Part shown: in pieces, positions 26,690-35,529 of the stretch | Position numbering within the stretch: position 1 is the first letter of the stretch | How the letters are laid out: every line of letters begins with the position of its first letter | Virus record (IMG/VR): IMGVR_UViG_3300006802_000103 | Coordinates: 1 to 62,674 of that record | Length of the DNA stretch: 62,674 nucleotides | Reading direction: 5' to 3' (one strand) | Source: a virus | Lineage: Duplodnaviria > Caudoviricetes | Position numbers and translations under genes: made by a program | The notes under the pieces: model-generated | Seen by the model: only the letters and a program-made list of their open reading frames with translations | Told to the model about the DNA's origin: nothing | The model's database searches: none

Positions 26690-26950
26690 TGCCCAAACCA
26701 ATTTACGAGTGAAACCTGGGGAGGTGTTCAGGATCGGGTTGGTTTGGGTAATAAGTTATGGAGGAATTGTTTGCATGGCGGTCGGTGTAAAAACCGACTG
26801 CAATGTTGCACGGTTCCTCCACCAGTACCTAGGGGTGGTCGGTCGTCATAAACGTAACCCCGGAGGGCAACCCGCTCCGCAAGAACTGGGTGGCTGGTAA
26901 CTCAGTGCTGATGTAATCGAAACGCTAGCAAGCGCTGACAACCGGGTACA
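26690..26950 (+). ncRNA. Candidate structured non-coding RNA
   Basis: Three consecutive long GU-containing stem domains; no good ORF or SD. Confidence 0.4.
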
Positions 26951-27020
26951 GGGAAAGCCGCCGCGATCCAGGCTTGACTTTTAAGCTGGGGTTTCAGAGG
27001 AAACTCGGCAAGAAATCAAA

Positions 27021-27248
27021 ATGAACCGCTACTTCCTAAAATACGACGACGGCATCTGGATTGAAGTTCAGGAGAAGAAGTACGCGAAGGAAATGCGCGA
27101 GTATTTGGAGTACGCTCCGAAGTCTTCAATCAGCTTTTTCCACACCTCCGGGGGTAAGTCAGTCTCCGGTCGAGTCATACATTCCTGGCGGAAAGATGCT
27201 TACTCGTGGGATGAGGAATTTATGCGGTTAGTCCGGAGGGCGGAGTGA
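27021..27248 (+). CDS. Hypothetical protein
   Basis: 75-aa ORF coupled to the next gene. Confidence 0.55.
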   Translation: MNRYFLKYDDGIWIEVQEKKYAKEMREYLEYAPKSSISFFHTSGGKSVSGRVIHSWRKDAYSWDEEFMRLVRRAE

Positions 27249-27451
27249 AAAGAGTCGAGCGCGTTACAGAAATCCGGGAATTCGCGAACATCAACACCTG
27301 TCCAGAGTGCCCAGCCTTCCGCGCAATTCAACTGGAGCATGGCCCTCGCTGGGTTTGCAGTGACTTCCTGCCGGTGATGGTGATAAAGAGTTCGACGGAG
27401 CCGGAGCCGACGAAGATACCTGATTGGTGCCCGCTGCCGGAGGTCGAATGA
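27245..27451 (+). CDS. Small Cys-rich protein (IPDWCPL family)
   Basis: CPECP, WVC, IPDWCPL. Confidence 0.65.
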   Translation: MKRVERVTEIREFANINTCPECPAFRAIQLEHGPRWVCSDFLPVMVIKSSTEPEPTKIPDWCPLPEVE

Positions 27452-28197
27452 AACTCTCCACCGGCACCAAACCACCACCCAAACTCCTAGCGCACAAGTC
27501 CGGATCGCAGGATAAGAAAGGCGCGTGGCAGTCTATGGGAGTTCGGCAGAAGCCGGAGACTTGCAAGTTTTGTAAGTACTCCCAAGTCGGGACAGCCTTC
27601 GTCGCCGACTACTTCCCCCCGGACCCCAAAATGGCCTTCGTATTCGCGCACCCTCGGCCAGATGATATAGCCGAGCAAAAGCCCCTCTCCGGCAATTGGG
27701 GCGGCGCGATGAGGGCGATTCTCTCCGAGGCTTCATCCATTCCCCTTGAGGAAATCGCCCTCTGCCATATCGTCCGCTGTATGCCGCCGAAGAAGTACGC
27801 GCGGATGGGAGGGTTGGAGTTCGTGTGGCCAACCGGGGCTAATAAGTGGGCCGCAGAATCCAACTGCCGACAGTACGATGATTCTCGGTTCCGCTCTGGG
27901 ATTTTGGAGTCGGGGGGTCTGATCTCCTGGCAGCCGAACGTTGCCGTAGTTGCCCTCGACCTCGATTCTGTGCTAGAAGTAGAAGCATACAAGTTCATGG
28001 TGCAGAAGGATGTTGAGAAGGCTTGCCGTTTCGCTCTACATGGCTATCGTCCGGTTGTCCTATTTGGCACCGAGGTTCTTTCAATAGTTGCGGGGCACCT
28101 TCAGGGTGGGAGTAAGAAGTGGCGCGGCCATTTTTGGGAGTTGGAAGGGTGGCCGTTTGAGGCGAGAGTGAGGGAGGAGGTTATTGGATGGGTGTGA
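27448..28197 (+). CDS. Uracil-DNA glycosylase family 4-like protein (degenerate)
   Basis: C..C.Y, P..DD..Q.PL.G..G, VRC.P, NC; lies directly upstream of polA. Confidence 0.6.
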   Translation: MKLSTGTKPPPKLLAHKSGSQDKKGAWQSMGVRQKPETCKFCKYSQVGTAFVADYFPPDPKMAFVFAHPRPDDIAEQKPLSGNWGGAMRAILSEASSIPLEEIALCHIVRCMPPKKYARMGGLEFVWPTGANKWAAESNCRQYDDSRFRSGILESGGLISWQPNVAVVALDLDSVLEVEAYKFMVQKDVEKACRFALHGYRPVVLFGTEVLSIVAGHLQGGSKKWRGHFWELEGWPFEARVREEVIGWV

Positions 28198-30320
28198 AGA
28201 AACTCAAATCAATTAATCAAGACCTCACGGAAATCCAAGGCTCCCTATTCGCCCCAAATTCCGTCAAATTCGGCGGTCTGGAGGAGTCTGGATACCCGGA
28301 GTTGCGCGGGGACGCGATTGGTTGGCGAGAGGTTATTCGTCGCTCTTTACAATCTGGTTACATCGGAATCGACTACGAGTTTAAGCGTTTCGACCGTCCG
28401 ACAATTATGGGGATTGCGGATAGGACGCTTGCCGTCGGGCTGAAATTCGACCGCGCGCTGCACGGGGAGTTGGAGCCGCTGCGGAAGGCTGGGGTGAAGT
28501 TTGTCGCCCACTCCGGATACGGCGCGGATAAGCCGGTTTACGATTGGGTAGAGGGAGTTGAGTCCGATCCACTCGAATGGATCGATTCCATGCTCCTCCA
28601 CTGGTTCCAGAACGCGCATCTGACGAAAGCGCCGCAGAAGGATGAGTCGGATGATGCCGGGGCCTTGGGATTCATGGACCTCTACTCTGCCGCTTCCCTG
28701 GTCGTGGATGTCCCGAACTGGAAAGCCTGCCGGGGTTCCGCTTGTCAAGGTCCCTGTCCCACGCATGAGCCTTTTAACTACTGCGCGGTCGACGCTTGGG
28801 CGGGTTTGGAGATCGCGCTCTCCTGCCTCCACGCACTGCGGCAGCGCGGCTTCAACTGGTCAACCTTCACCGACCGGTCTCTCCTCGCCTACTACCTGGA
28901 GAAAATGCAGTCGCGGGGGATGCGCGTCGACTGGGACTACTTGGACCGATTCAATGCCCGATCAGAGGAGATCAAAGAGGGTCTTTTCCCGCTGAATGAG
29001 GAAGGCGGCCAGACTCCCTTCAACCCCCGGTCCTCGGATCAAGTCCTGGCGTGGGCGAAGGCGAATGGGATTTCCCTCTCCTCGAACCAGAAGAACGATG
29101 TTCGGAAGACGCTGGAGAAGACGGCGGCGCGGTTTGGTTTCTCCGATTTGAAAGAATTGGATGAAGCAGACGAACTCCCCCCGGTCGTCGAAGTTCTCTA
29201 CCGGCTGGACCAGTTTAAGGGATCGGGCAAGGGGAGCGATGCGTGGTTCGACCGGCGTTATGTTTCAAAAGAGGATGGGCTTCTCCACCCACGCTACATC
29301 TATGTCGGCACCTCTACCTCCCGGCTGAGTTGTGCCAAACCGAACTTCACCAATCTCCCCTCACGCGGATGGGGCGACTTGCTCAAGGGCGCGGTCATTC
29401 CGCACGATCCGGAAAAGTACGACATCATCGACGCCGACCTCGGGCAGCTTGAACTGCGCGCCGTCCTCTACCAAGCGGGCTATCCCGTGGAGACGATCAA
29501 AGGAGATGCCCTCTCTGCCATATTGGAGAAGTCGAAGGAGCCGCTACAGCGGGCGGCGGAGATTGCCGGGGGGACGGCTCGGGACATTCTCAAAACAGTC
29601 GTCTACGGCGGTCAATACGGCGAAGGCGTCCAAATCTACACCCCGGACGACATGCGATCCCCTGTCTTCCAGCGAATGCTTTCAAAAGGTGCGATTCGGC
29701 TCTACACTCCGGAGTACGTCAAATGGCTCGACCACCCCTGGGAGTACGCGGGCGGGATTATCGGGTTCACCGGGGCGAACCTCGCCGAACGCCTCTTTGG
29801 GGACAAGAAGGAGGAGTCTCGTCGGAAGGCTCTGGAGATTCAGGACGATATCATCTTCGCGGGCGACCTTCGGATTATCCGAGAGTGGCAGATCAAGGTG
29901 AGCCGGGAGATTGAGTCCAAAGGCTTCCTCCAACTCCCCAATACGCACGGTTTACGGATGCTCGGGTCCGCGCATAAGAATTTCAAAGTCGGCCTCGCCT
30001 TCCTCGGTCAGGGCTTCGGAGCGATGCACGCGCAGGCGACCATGTTGGAGATGATCCGGCGGTCGGAAAAAAATCACCTCCCCCTATTGCAAGTTCATGA
30101 CTCTTTGGTGTATGCTGTCCTTAGAGAGTGGCCAGATCAACAAGTCCGCGAGTTCATGGTCCCCCTCTTCTCCGAGACACCTTTGATCCCTGGTTTCAAA
30201 GCTCCGGGGAAGGTGAAGCGGGGGCGGAACTACGGTTCGTACCACGCGGAACATAACTCCGGTGGGTTGAGACAGATTTGGGATTCTTCGAAGGAGGATG
30301 TATGCGGGAACAAGTTGTAA
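28188..30320 (+). CDS. polA: Family A DNA polymerase with 3'-5' exonuclease
   Basis: ExoI IDYEF, ExoIII YCAVDA, TSRLS..PNF.N, motif A DADLGQLELR, motif B RDILKTVVYGGQYG, motif C QVHDSL. Confidence 0.95.
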   Translation: MGVKKLKSINQDLTEIQGSLFAPNSVKFGGLEESGYPELRGDAIGWREVIRRSLQSGYIGIDYEFKRFDRPTIMGIADRTLAVGLKFDRALHGELEPLRKAGVKFVAHSGYGADKPVYDWVEGVESDPLEWIDSMLLHWFQNAHLTKAPQKDESDDAGALGFMDLYSAASLVVDVPNWKACRGSACQGPCPTHEPFNYCAVDAWAGLEIALSCLHALRQRGFNWSTFTDRSLLAYYLEKMQSRGMRVDWDYLDRFNARSEEIKEGLFPLNEEGGQTPFNPRSSDQVLAWAKANGISLSSNQKNDVRKTLEKTAARFGFSDLKELDEADELPPVVEVLYRLDQFKGSGKGSDAWFDRRYVSKEDGLLHPRYIYVGTSTSRLSCAKPNFTNLPSRGWGDLLKGAVIPHDPEKYDIIDADLGQLELRAVLYQAGYPVETIKGDALSAILEKSKEPLQRAAEIAGGTARDILKTVVYGGQYGEGVQIYTPDDMRSPVFQRMLSKGAIRLYTPEYVKWLDHPWEYAGGIIGFTGANLAERLFGDKKEESRRKALEIQDDIIFAGDLRIIREWQIKVSREIESKGFLQLPNTHGLRMLGSAHKNFKVGLAFLGQGFGAMHAQATMLEMIRRSEKNHLPLLQVHDSLVYAVLREWPDQQVREFMVPLFSETPLIPGFKAPGKVKRGRNYGSYHAEHNSGGLRQIWDSSKEDVCGNKL

Positions 30321-30547
30321 CAAGGGAGGAAGCTCTCAACAAGGTGCTCACCGAAACCGAAGACGGTCTACCGCTCCACTTCTTCTCCGGAATGCCTTGT
30401 GTGGAATTCGAAGAGGCGTGTGAAAAGTATCCTGATTTACGGAAATGGATGAGAGGCCAAACTGGACTCGGACCGATTGGTGGGAAGTGCTACATCTACC
30501 TCTGGGATTACGACAATTTTCTGAAGGGCGGAAAGGTGGTTGACTGA
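30302..30547 (+). CDS. Hypothetical protein
   Basis: KWMRGQT..IY.WDY motif; GGAGG SD. Confidence 0.65.
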   Translation: MREQVVTREEALNKVLTETEDGLPLHFFSGMPCVEFEEACEKYPDLRKWMRGQTGLGPIGGKCYIYLWDYDNFLKGGKVVD

Positions 30548-30885
30548 TGACACTGCGAGAGGCTATCATCGAGGCGCAAAAGATGAAGGGCGCGCGTGTG
30601 TACCTGGAGCGCGGTTTGCTGTCGTTTCAAATCTGCTATCCCTCATTAACTGATGGGGCATTCATTCCGCTGCAAGATGCAGTGGCTACCGACTGGGAAG
30701 TTAGACTCCCCGCGCCGCCCCCAATGGACTTCAAGACCGCGATGGGGCATCTTCAGGAGGGGCGAAAAGTTTGGCGGCGGACCTGGATGAATTTCCATGC
30801 GTCGAAGTTCGACGACGAGGAACTCTGCGTTCGGTGTTTCGACCGAGAGGATATTGAAGCAACCGACTGGGAGGTTGTTCGGTAA
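30547..30885 (+). CDS. Tandem DUF2829/Tad2-like protein
   Basis: Two repeats of M.F..A....G.KV.R..W ... D..ATDWEV. Confidence 0.65.
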   Translation: MTLREAIIEAQKMKGARVYLERGLLSFQICYPSLTDGAFIPLQDAVATDWEVRLPAPPPMDFKTAMGHLQEGRKVWRRTWMNFHASKFDDEELCVRCFDREDIEATDWEVVR

Positions 30886-31193
30886 TGGCAAAAGAAAAAG
30901 TACCAGCGCAGAATTCAACAGCGAAGGAGACTTTAGTCGCGATCAATAACGCAATCGCGCTTCTCCAGAGCGATTCGGATATCTCGCAGCAGAAAATGTC
31001 TCGATTGGCCGCATTTACTCGCGCGCTCTACGCACCGATGAAGGAGTACTTGGATGAGGGCCTCTACACCCCGGCGGAGTGTGTTCTGGTCCTCCTAAGT
31101 TGCGCCGCATTGACGCAGCAAGCACGACTGGCGGAAGATGACCGGAAGATTCCGGCACAGAAGGTTTTGGATGTATTCTTTGGAGGTGAGTGA
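30885..31193 (+). CDS. Hypothetical helical protein
   Basis: Coupled ORF. Confidence 0.6.
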   Translation: MAKEKVPAQNSTAKETLVAINNAIALLQSDSDISQQKMSRLAAFTRALYAPMKEYLDEGLYTPAECVLVLLSCAALTQQARLAEDDRKIPAQKVLDVFFGGE

Positions 31194-31561
31194 TGACTTT
31201 TCAGGAAGCCTTGAGGAAGGCTCGTGAGAAAGATGTTACATCGAATCGGAAATTCGGGCGAAACGGACTATTTCGCAATGAATGCGGGTGGGCGACATAC
31301 GCCGAAGCGACACCTTATTCTTTCTTTGCGCACCTCCTTCAAGACGATTGGGAAGTCGAAGAATCCAAAATGGACTTCGCCACCGCGATGAAGTACGTGC
31401 AGGAGGGGCGCACGGTTAGGCGTAGAAGTTGGCCCGCTGATGCGCCTCGCGCTCTCGGGGCGAAGGAGAAGCATGAATCGCTCGGAGGTAAGGAGCGGAA
31501 TGGTTTCCTCTATCTCACGAGCGAGAATGTCAGCGCAACCGATTGGGAGGTTATCGACTAA
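31190..31561 (+). CDS. Tandem DUF2829/Tad2-like protein
   Basis: MTFQEAL..DDWEV followed by MDFATAM..EGRTVRRRSW..ATDWEV. Confidence 0.65.
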   Translation: MMTFQEALRKAREKDVTSNRKFGRNGLFRNECGWATYAEATPYSFFAHLLQDDWEVEESKMDFATAMKYVQEGRTVRRRSWPADAPRALGAKEKHESLGGKERNGFLYLTSENVSATDWEVID

Positions 31562-31992
31562 TGCATCGCCCAAATCTGCGGCTTCGTGAACTGTACGGTC
31601 CGAACGTCATTTTTGTTTTCGGCAGTAATGAAAAGGGCATGCACGGCGCGGGTGCGGCTTTGTGGGCGAAGCAGAAGTATGGGGCGCTTTCGGGTCGAGG
31701 CGAGGGGGGGCAGGGGTATGCCTATGGAATTCCGACCAAGGCTAGCCCTTCGGAAAGACGATCCTTGACAGCGATTAAGAAATCAATCGCCCGTTTTCAT
31801 GAAGCTGTTCTGGCTGCCGGATCGGAGCAGCCTTGGTTCGTGACTCGCGTGGGGGCCGGGCTAGCGGGCTTTTCGGAAAAAGTAATGAAGGGCCTATTCG
31901 ATCAATTCGACTGGCCGTCCAATGTCCACTTCAGTTGGTTTTCGGATTTCTACGATTACGAAACAAAAGGAGCGAGCGGAGAAAATGTGTAA
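31561..31992 (+). CDS. A1S_2505-family / macrodomain-like phage protein
   Basis: IFVFGSN..G.HGAGAA, G.AYGIPTK, FVTRVG.GLAG. Confidence 0.7.
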   Translation: MHRPNLRLRELYGPNVIFVFGSNEKGMHGAGAALWAKQKYGALSGRGEGGQGYAYGIPTKASPSERRSLTAIKKSIARFHEAVLAAGSEQPWFVTRVGAGLAGFSEKVMKGLFDQFDWPSNVHFSWFSDFYDYETKGASGENV

Positions 31993-32317
31993 CGAATGCA
32001 AGAAAGAAATCAAGCACCTCAAGGACCTAATCGGAGTCGACGGCGAGGACTTCCTCGAACGGCACGATTTTTCGAACATCCTCCAGGCGCTTTCCTACCT
32101 CCTGACGCACTCGAAGCCGCCGGAGCCGGTGAATGCGAAGATTGGTGCGGTGCGACCGAGGGATGGTTACTTTACGCAAGTGGACGCGAGGGGTACATTG
32201 CAGCACGTTTCCCCAACGCAGCAGGTTACGGTATCGAAGCCGCTGGAGTACCTACCGCCGGATCGTAAGCGCAACTCAGGCAACTGCGCCGACCTACCAA
32301 GCGAAGGTGCCGCTTGA
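31985..32317 (+). CDS. Hypothetical protein
   Basis: Coupled ORF. Confidence 0.5.
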   Translation: MCNECKKEIKHLKDLIGVDGEDFLERHDFSNILQALSYLLTHSKPPEPVNAKIGAVRPRDGYFTQVDARGTLQHVSPTQQVTVSKPLEYLPPDRKRNSGNCADLPSEGAA

Positions 32318-33195
32318 GCGCGAAGCCGCTGCACAGTGATTACCGAAAAGAAGGGTATGAGTCCCTCCTTGTTCTACCAGATACTCATTTTGACCAACGC
32401 AACGGCGAGATCGTCGGAATCGATCACCCGGCTTTCAATGCGGTGATGATGTTCGCGGCTTCGCAGCGGTGGGAACGATGGGTCCAGCTTGGCGACTTCG
32501 GCGATTGGGATTGCGTATCGTCGCACAACAAAGGAAACCTGAGAGCGGTAGAGGGACAGAGAATTAAACAATCCGCCGCCGCCTGTAACGTTGGTCTCGA
32601 TACGATTCAAGCCAACGTCCGTAAGCACGGAGAGCCGATTGAAGAGGTCCTGATATCAGGGAATCATGACTATCGGCTCGTCGCCTGGGCCAACGCGCAG
32701 CCGGTTCTCGAAGGCATGATCGAGTTCGAGGATCTTCTCCACTTGAACGAACGCGGTATCACCTACGTCGACTACTGGGGGAAAGGCGAGGTCTGGACCT
32801 GCGGCAAGGTCAGCTTCATTCACGGCTTGTACACAGGATCAACTGCCGCCTCCCGCCACGCCGTCGACCATGGGTGCAATATCGTAGCAGGCCACACTCA
32901 CGGATTCGGAATGACCCCCGTCAAGACGCACGGCAACGAGATTCGCATTTCACTAATCCTCGGATGCCTCTGTGATCTTTCCCCTGTCTGGATGCGAGGG
33001 AAACCGGCGGCCTGGACCCATGCTTTCGGCGTTTTCTACATACGGAAGGAGGACGGGCGTTTCACCTTCTACACGCCGCTTTTGTTTGACGGTCAGTTCG
33101 TCTCACCCGATGGTCGGTATTTTGACGGCAGATCGCCTCGTGGTTGTGTGGTCCTGCCGAAGAAACTACCCTCGGGAGCGAGGAGAAGTGTATGA
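32314..33195 (+). CDS. Calcineurin-like metallophosphoesterase
   Basis: PDTH, LGDFGD, GNHD, HG, GHTH, GCLC. Confidence 0.85.
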   Translation: MSAKPLHSDYRKEGYESLLVLPDTHFDQRNGEIVGIDHPAFNAVMMFAASQRWERWVQLGDFGDWDCVSSHNKGNLRAVEGQRIKQSAAACNVGLDTIQANVRKHGEPIEEVLISGNHDYRLVAWANAQPVLEGMIEFEDLLHLNERGITYVDYWGKGEVWTCGKVSFIHGLYTGSTAASRHAVDHGCNIVAGHTHGFGMTPVKTHGNEIRISLILGCLCDLSPVWMRGKPAAWTHAFGVFYIRKEDGRFTFYTPLLFDGQFVSPDGRYFDGRSPRGCVVLPKKLPSGARRSV

Positions 33196-33716
33196 GCGAG
33201 GAGAAGGTGTGTTCTTGTTGCAAGAAGCTGCTTCCGGTGGTACGATTCAGTCGTGACGCGCAGAAGGCTGACGGGCTTCGTCCGAATTGCCGCGATTGTC
33301 GTAGCACGCAACGAGCACTTGCCTACCGGGAGAATCCGGAGCCGCAGAAAGAACGGAGTCTCGCGCACTACTATCACAATCGCGAGTCGATTTTGCAACG
33401 AGTTTTGAGTTATCAGGCAAGTCATCCTGCGATTGCCCGCGCGACATCTCGTCGTATGCGAGAAAAGTATCCGGAGAAGGTTACTGCCCGCAGCATTCTG
33501 AATCGCGAGATTCTATCAGGGCGTATTAAAAAACAACCATGTTCGGTTTGCGGCGCGGACAGAGTGGAGGCGCATCATCCGGATTACGCGCAACCGCTTC
33601 GTGTGCAGTGGCTTTGTCCGGCGCATCACAAGGAACTACACCGACGTGAAAGAGTCAATCGAGAAAGCTCGAATAGAACAACTACGCTCCCGCGCAGATT
33701 ACCTAAGGGCGTGTGA
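33192..33716 (+). CDS. HNH-type endonuclease with N-terminal zinc finger
   Basis: CSCC..F..D...DGL...C..C; PCSVCG..EAHHPDY.QPL.V.WLC..HH..H. Confidence 0.75.
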   Translation: MSEEKVCSCCKKLLPVVRFSRDAQKADGLRPNCRDCRSTQRALAYRENPEPQKERSLAHYYHNRESILQRVLSYQASHPAIARATSRRMREKYPEKVTARSILNREILSGRIKKQPCSVCGADRVEAHHPDYAQPLRVQWLCPAHHKELHRRERVNRESSNRTTTLPRRLPKGV

Positions 33717-33808
33717 AGCCGGAGTTGAAGGTTGGGAGCGGGATGGGGCTTTGCTCGGTTTGTCCGACTGGTTCCATGAAGAGATTTTAATTCTGGAAGA
33801 GGAAAGAA

Positions 33809-34267
33809 ATGGCAGACCTAAAAGGACTCCGTCTATGGTCAGTCGACCAGACGGCACAGATGTACAAGAAGGCTCTCGCAGTTATGGTTGAGCGGTCGTT
33901 AAAGTACGCGAGTAATGAGAACCCGTTCGAGAACTTCGAGTCTTCCGCACAATTTGCCGGGACTTCGGTCGAACAGGGTATCCTGACCCGCCTCGGAGAC
34001 AAGTTCTCTCGCTTACGCAACACGATCTCCCGCGAGGAGTCCGATGGTGTGTACGCGGACGAGAGCTTCGACGACACAGTTGTTGACATCTGTAACTACA
34101 TCGTCCTCTTGAGAAACTACCGCCGGTACGTTCGCGGCGATGTCGACCTCGGGGACGTGCCGGGGGTTGCGGAGAATCTTCTCCCGATCACCGCAGAAGT
34201 TGCGGAGGAAGAGTCCAAACCGACCTACTTCCAGAAAGTCATCAAAGCGCTTGCTGGCGTGGACTAG
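33809..34267 (+). CDS. DUF1599 / nucleotide-modification-associated domain 1 (Nmad1) protein
   Basis: KY....PF.NF, G..TRL.DK.SRL, DES..DT..D..NY. Confidence 0.7.
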   Translation: MADLKGLRLWSVDQTAQMYKKALAVMVERSLKYASNENPFENFESSAQFAGTSVEQGILTRLGDKFSRLRNTISREESDGVYADESFDDTVVDICNYIVLLRNYRRYVRGDVDLGDVPGVAENLLPITAEVAEEESKPTYFQKVIKALAGVD

Positions 34268-34297
34268 TTGTGCCATATTGAAAGGAGGGGTTTCAAC

Positions 34298-34633
34298 ATG
34301 TGTGTTGTTTCGATGGTTACTGAGCAGGCTTTCCGCGCTCCTTGGGAGTATCCGACCCGGCGGCCCTGGGATAATCAACCTTCGCTGCCGGGACATCTCT
34401 TCGACCCCCGCACTCCGGAAGAAATTCGGGAAGAGAACCAGCGGCTTGCCGACTTCATCACCCGGATGCTGAAAGGCGCGGCGGATTACGACAAGCGGAC
34501 TAACCAGCCTCGCTGCGAGGACAAGGAGAAGCGGTTAAAGCTGCTCGAATTGGCGAATGAACTCGGAGTCCGAATCACCTTTCCCGATGAGGTGAAGGAG
34601 GGGAGCACCCCGAGTGAATGTCCGGTCGACTAG
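34298..34633 (+). CDS. Conserved phage protein (MCVVSM family)
   Basis: GGAGG SD; A..YD..T.QP.C...K. Confidence 0.65.
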   Translation: MCVVSMVTEQAFRAPWEYPTRRPWDNQPSLPGHLFDPRTPEEIREENQRLADFITRMLKGAADYDKRTNQPRCEDKEKRLKLLELANELGVRITFPDEVKEGSTPSECPVD

Positions 34634-35529
34634 TTCTGGGAGCACAGACAAGCCGCGAGCCGAAGAGGGTATCCTACCTTGCCGACCTACTCGACCGGGA
34701 GGTGGAGAAGGTCTCGTCCTGGATCGAGCCGGGGATTCTACCGAAGAGTGGAATTATGGTCCTGGCGGGGGAGGCGAAGATTGGAAAGTCGCTTATCTTG
34801 GGGTCACTAGCCCGTTCCCTTGCCACTGGAGAGGCTCCCTTTATGATGGATGGCCTGCACACGCCCACTCGCGCCAAGGTCCTTTTAGTCGATCAGGAAG
34901 TCGGGGAGTATGGTCTACAAAAGAGGTGCCGCCCGATGCTCCAGGATCTCGCCCCGACTGACTACGCATCGAATTTGATGTATGTAACGAAAGATCCGGA
35001 GTTGATGCTGGATCAAGCGGCGGGGATTCGTACTCTATGGGAGTACGTGGAGAGTGCTCAACCGAACGTCTTGATCCTCGATCCGGTCGGCAAAATGCTG
35101 TCGGAATCGGAGAATGACGCGATTGAGGTTGCCAAAGTCTTCCATACTCTTGAGAGACTACAAAAGGACTTCCGACACCTCGGTCTCTCGATAATCCTCT
35201 CCCACCACTTCATGAAGCCGCCGAGGACCGCGCGCGATAGAGAGGGCTTCGACCCACTGGACCCGTACAATATGCGCGGGTCGGGTAAGTGGAAGGACGC
35301 GCCGGACACCTTGGTGATGGTCTCGCGGGGGGATAAGTTGCCCTGCCCACATCAAGCCTGGAAGATTGACATGCGGATCTTGCCGAGGCACGCAGAGGAG
35401 CCGCCCGATCTGCACCTGAACGTGAACGAGTTCAAGGACTTCCGGGTTCGGATCGCGTCTCAGACGAAGAGGACTGCGCCACGTTTAGGTGGTGGGGCGA
35501 TTCAGACTACTCCTTCGATTTTTCAGTAG
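34618..35529 (+). CDS. AAA_25 / RepA-like replicative helicase
   Basis: GEAKIGKS, LVDQE, LILDP, END, SHHF.K, MRGSG. Confidence 0.85.
   Translation: MSGRLVLGAQTSREPKRVSYLADLLDREVEKVSSWIEPGILPKSGIMVLAGEAKIGKSLILGSLARSLATGEAPFMMDGLHTPTRAKVLLVDQEVGEYGLQKRCRPMLQDLAPTDYASNLMYVTKDPELMLDQAAGIRTLWEYVESAQPNVLILDPVGKMLSESENDAIEVAKVFHTLERLQKDFRHLGLSIILSHHFMKPPRTARDREGFDPLDPYNMRGSGKWKDAPDTLVMVSRGDKLPCPHQAWKIDMRILPRHAEEPPDLHLNVNEFKDFRVRIASQTKRTAPRLGGGAIQTTPSIFQ

Noticed and set aside
26760-26824. tmRNA 3' end (CTCCACCA)
   Set aside because: No T-arm GGTTCRA..CC before it and no GGGG 5' tRNA-like half or tag ORF.
26616-26900. 94-aa ORF after the tRNA
   Set aside because: Starts inside the tRNA, has no SD, and overlaps strongly base-paired sequence.
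33192-33716. Intron- or intein-associated homing endonuclease
   Set aside because: Free-standing and coupled to the upstream gene; it does not interrupt a recognisable gene.
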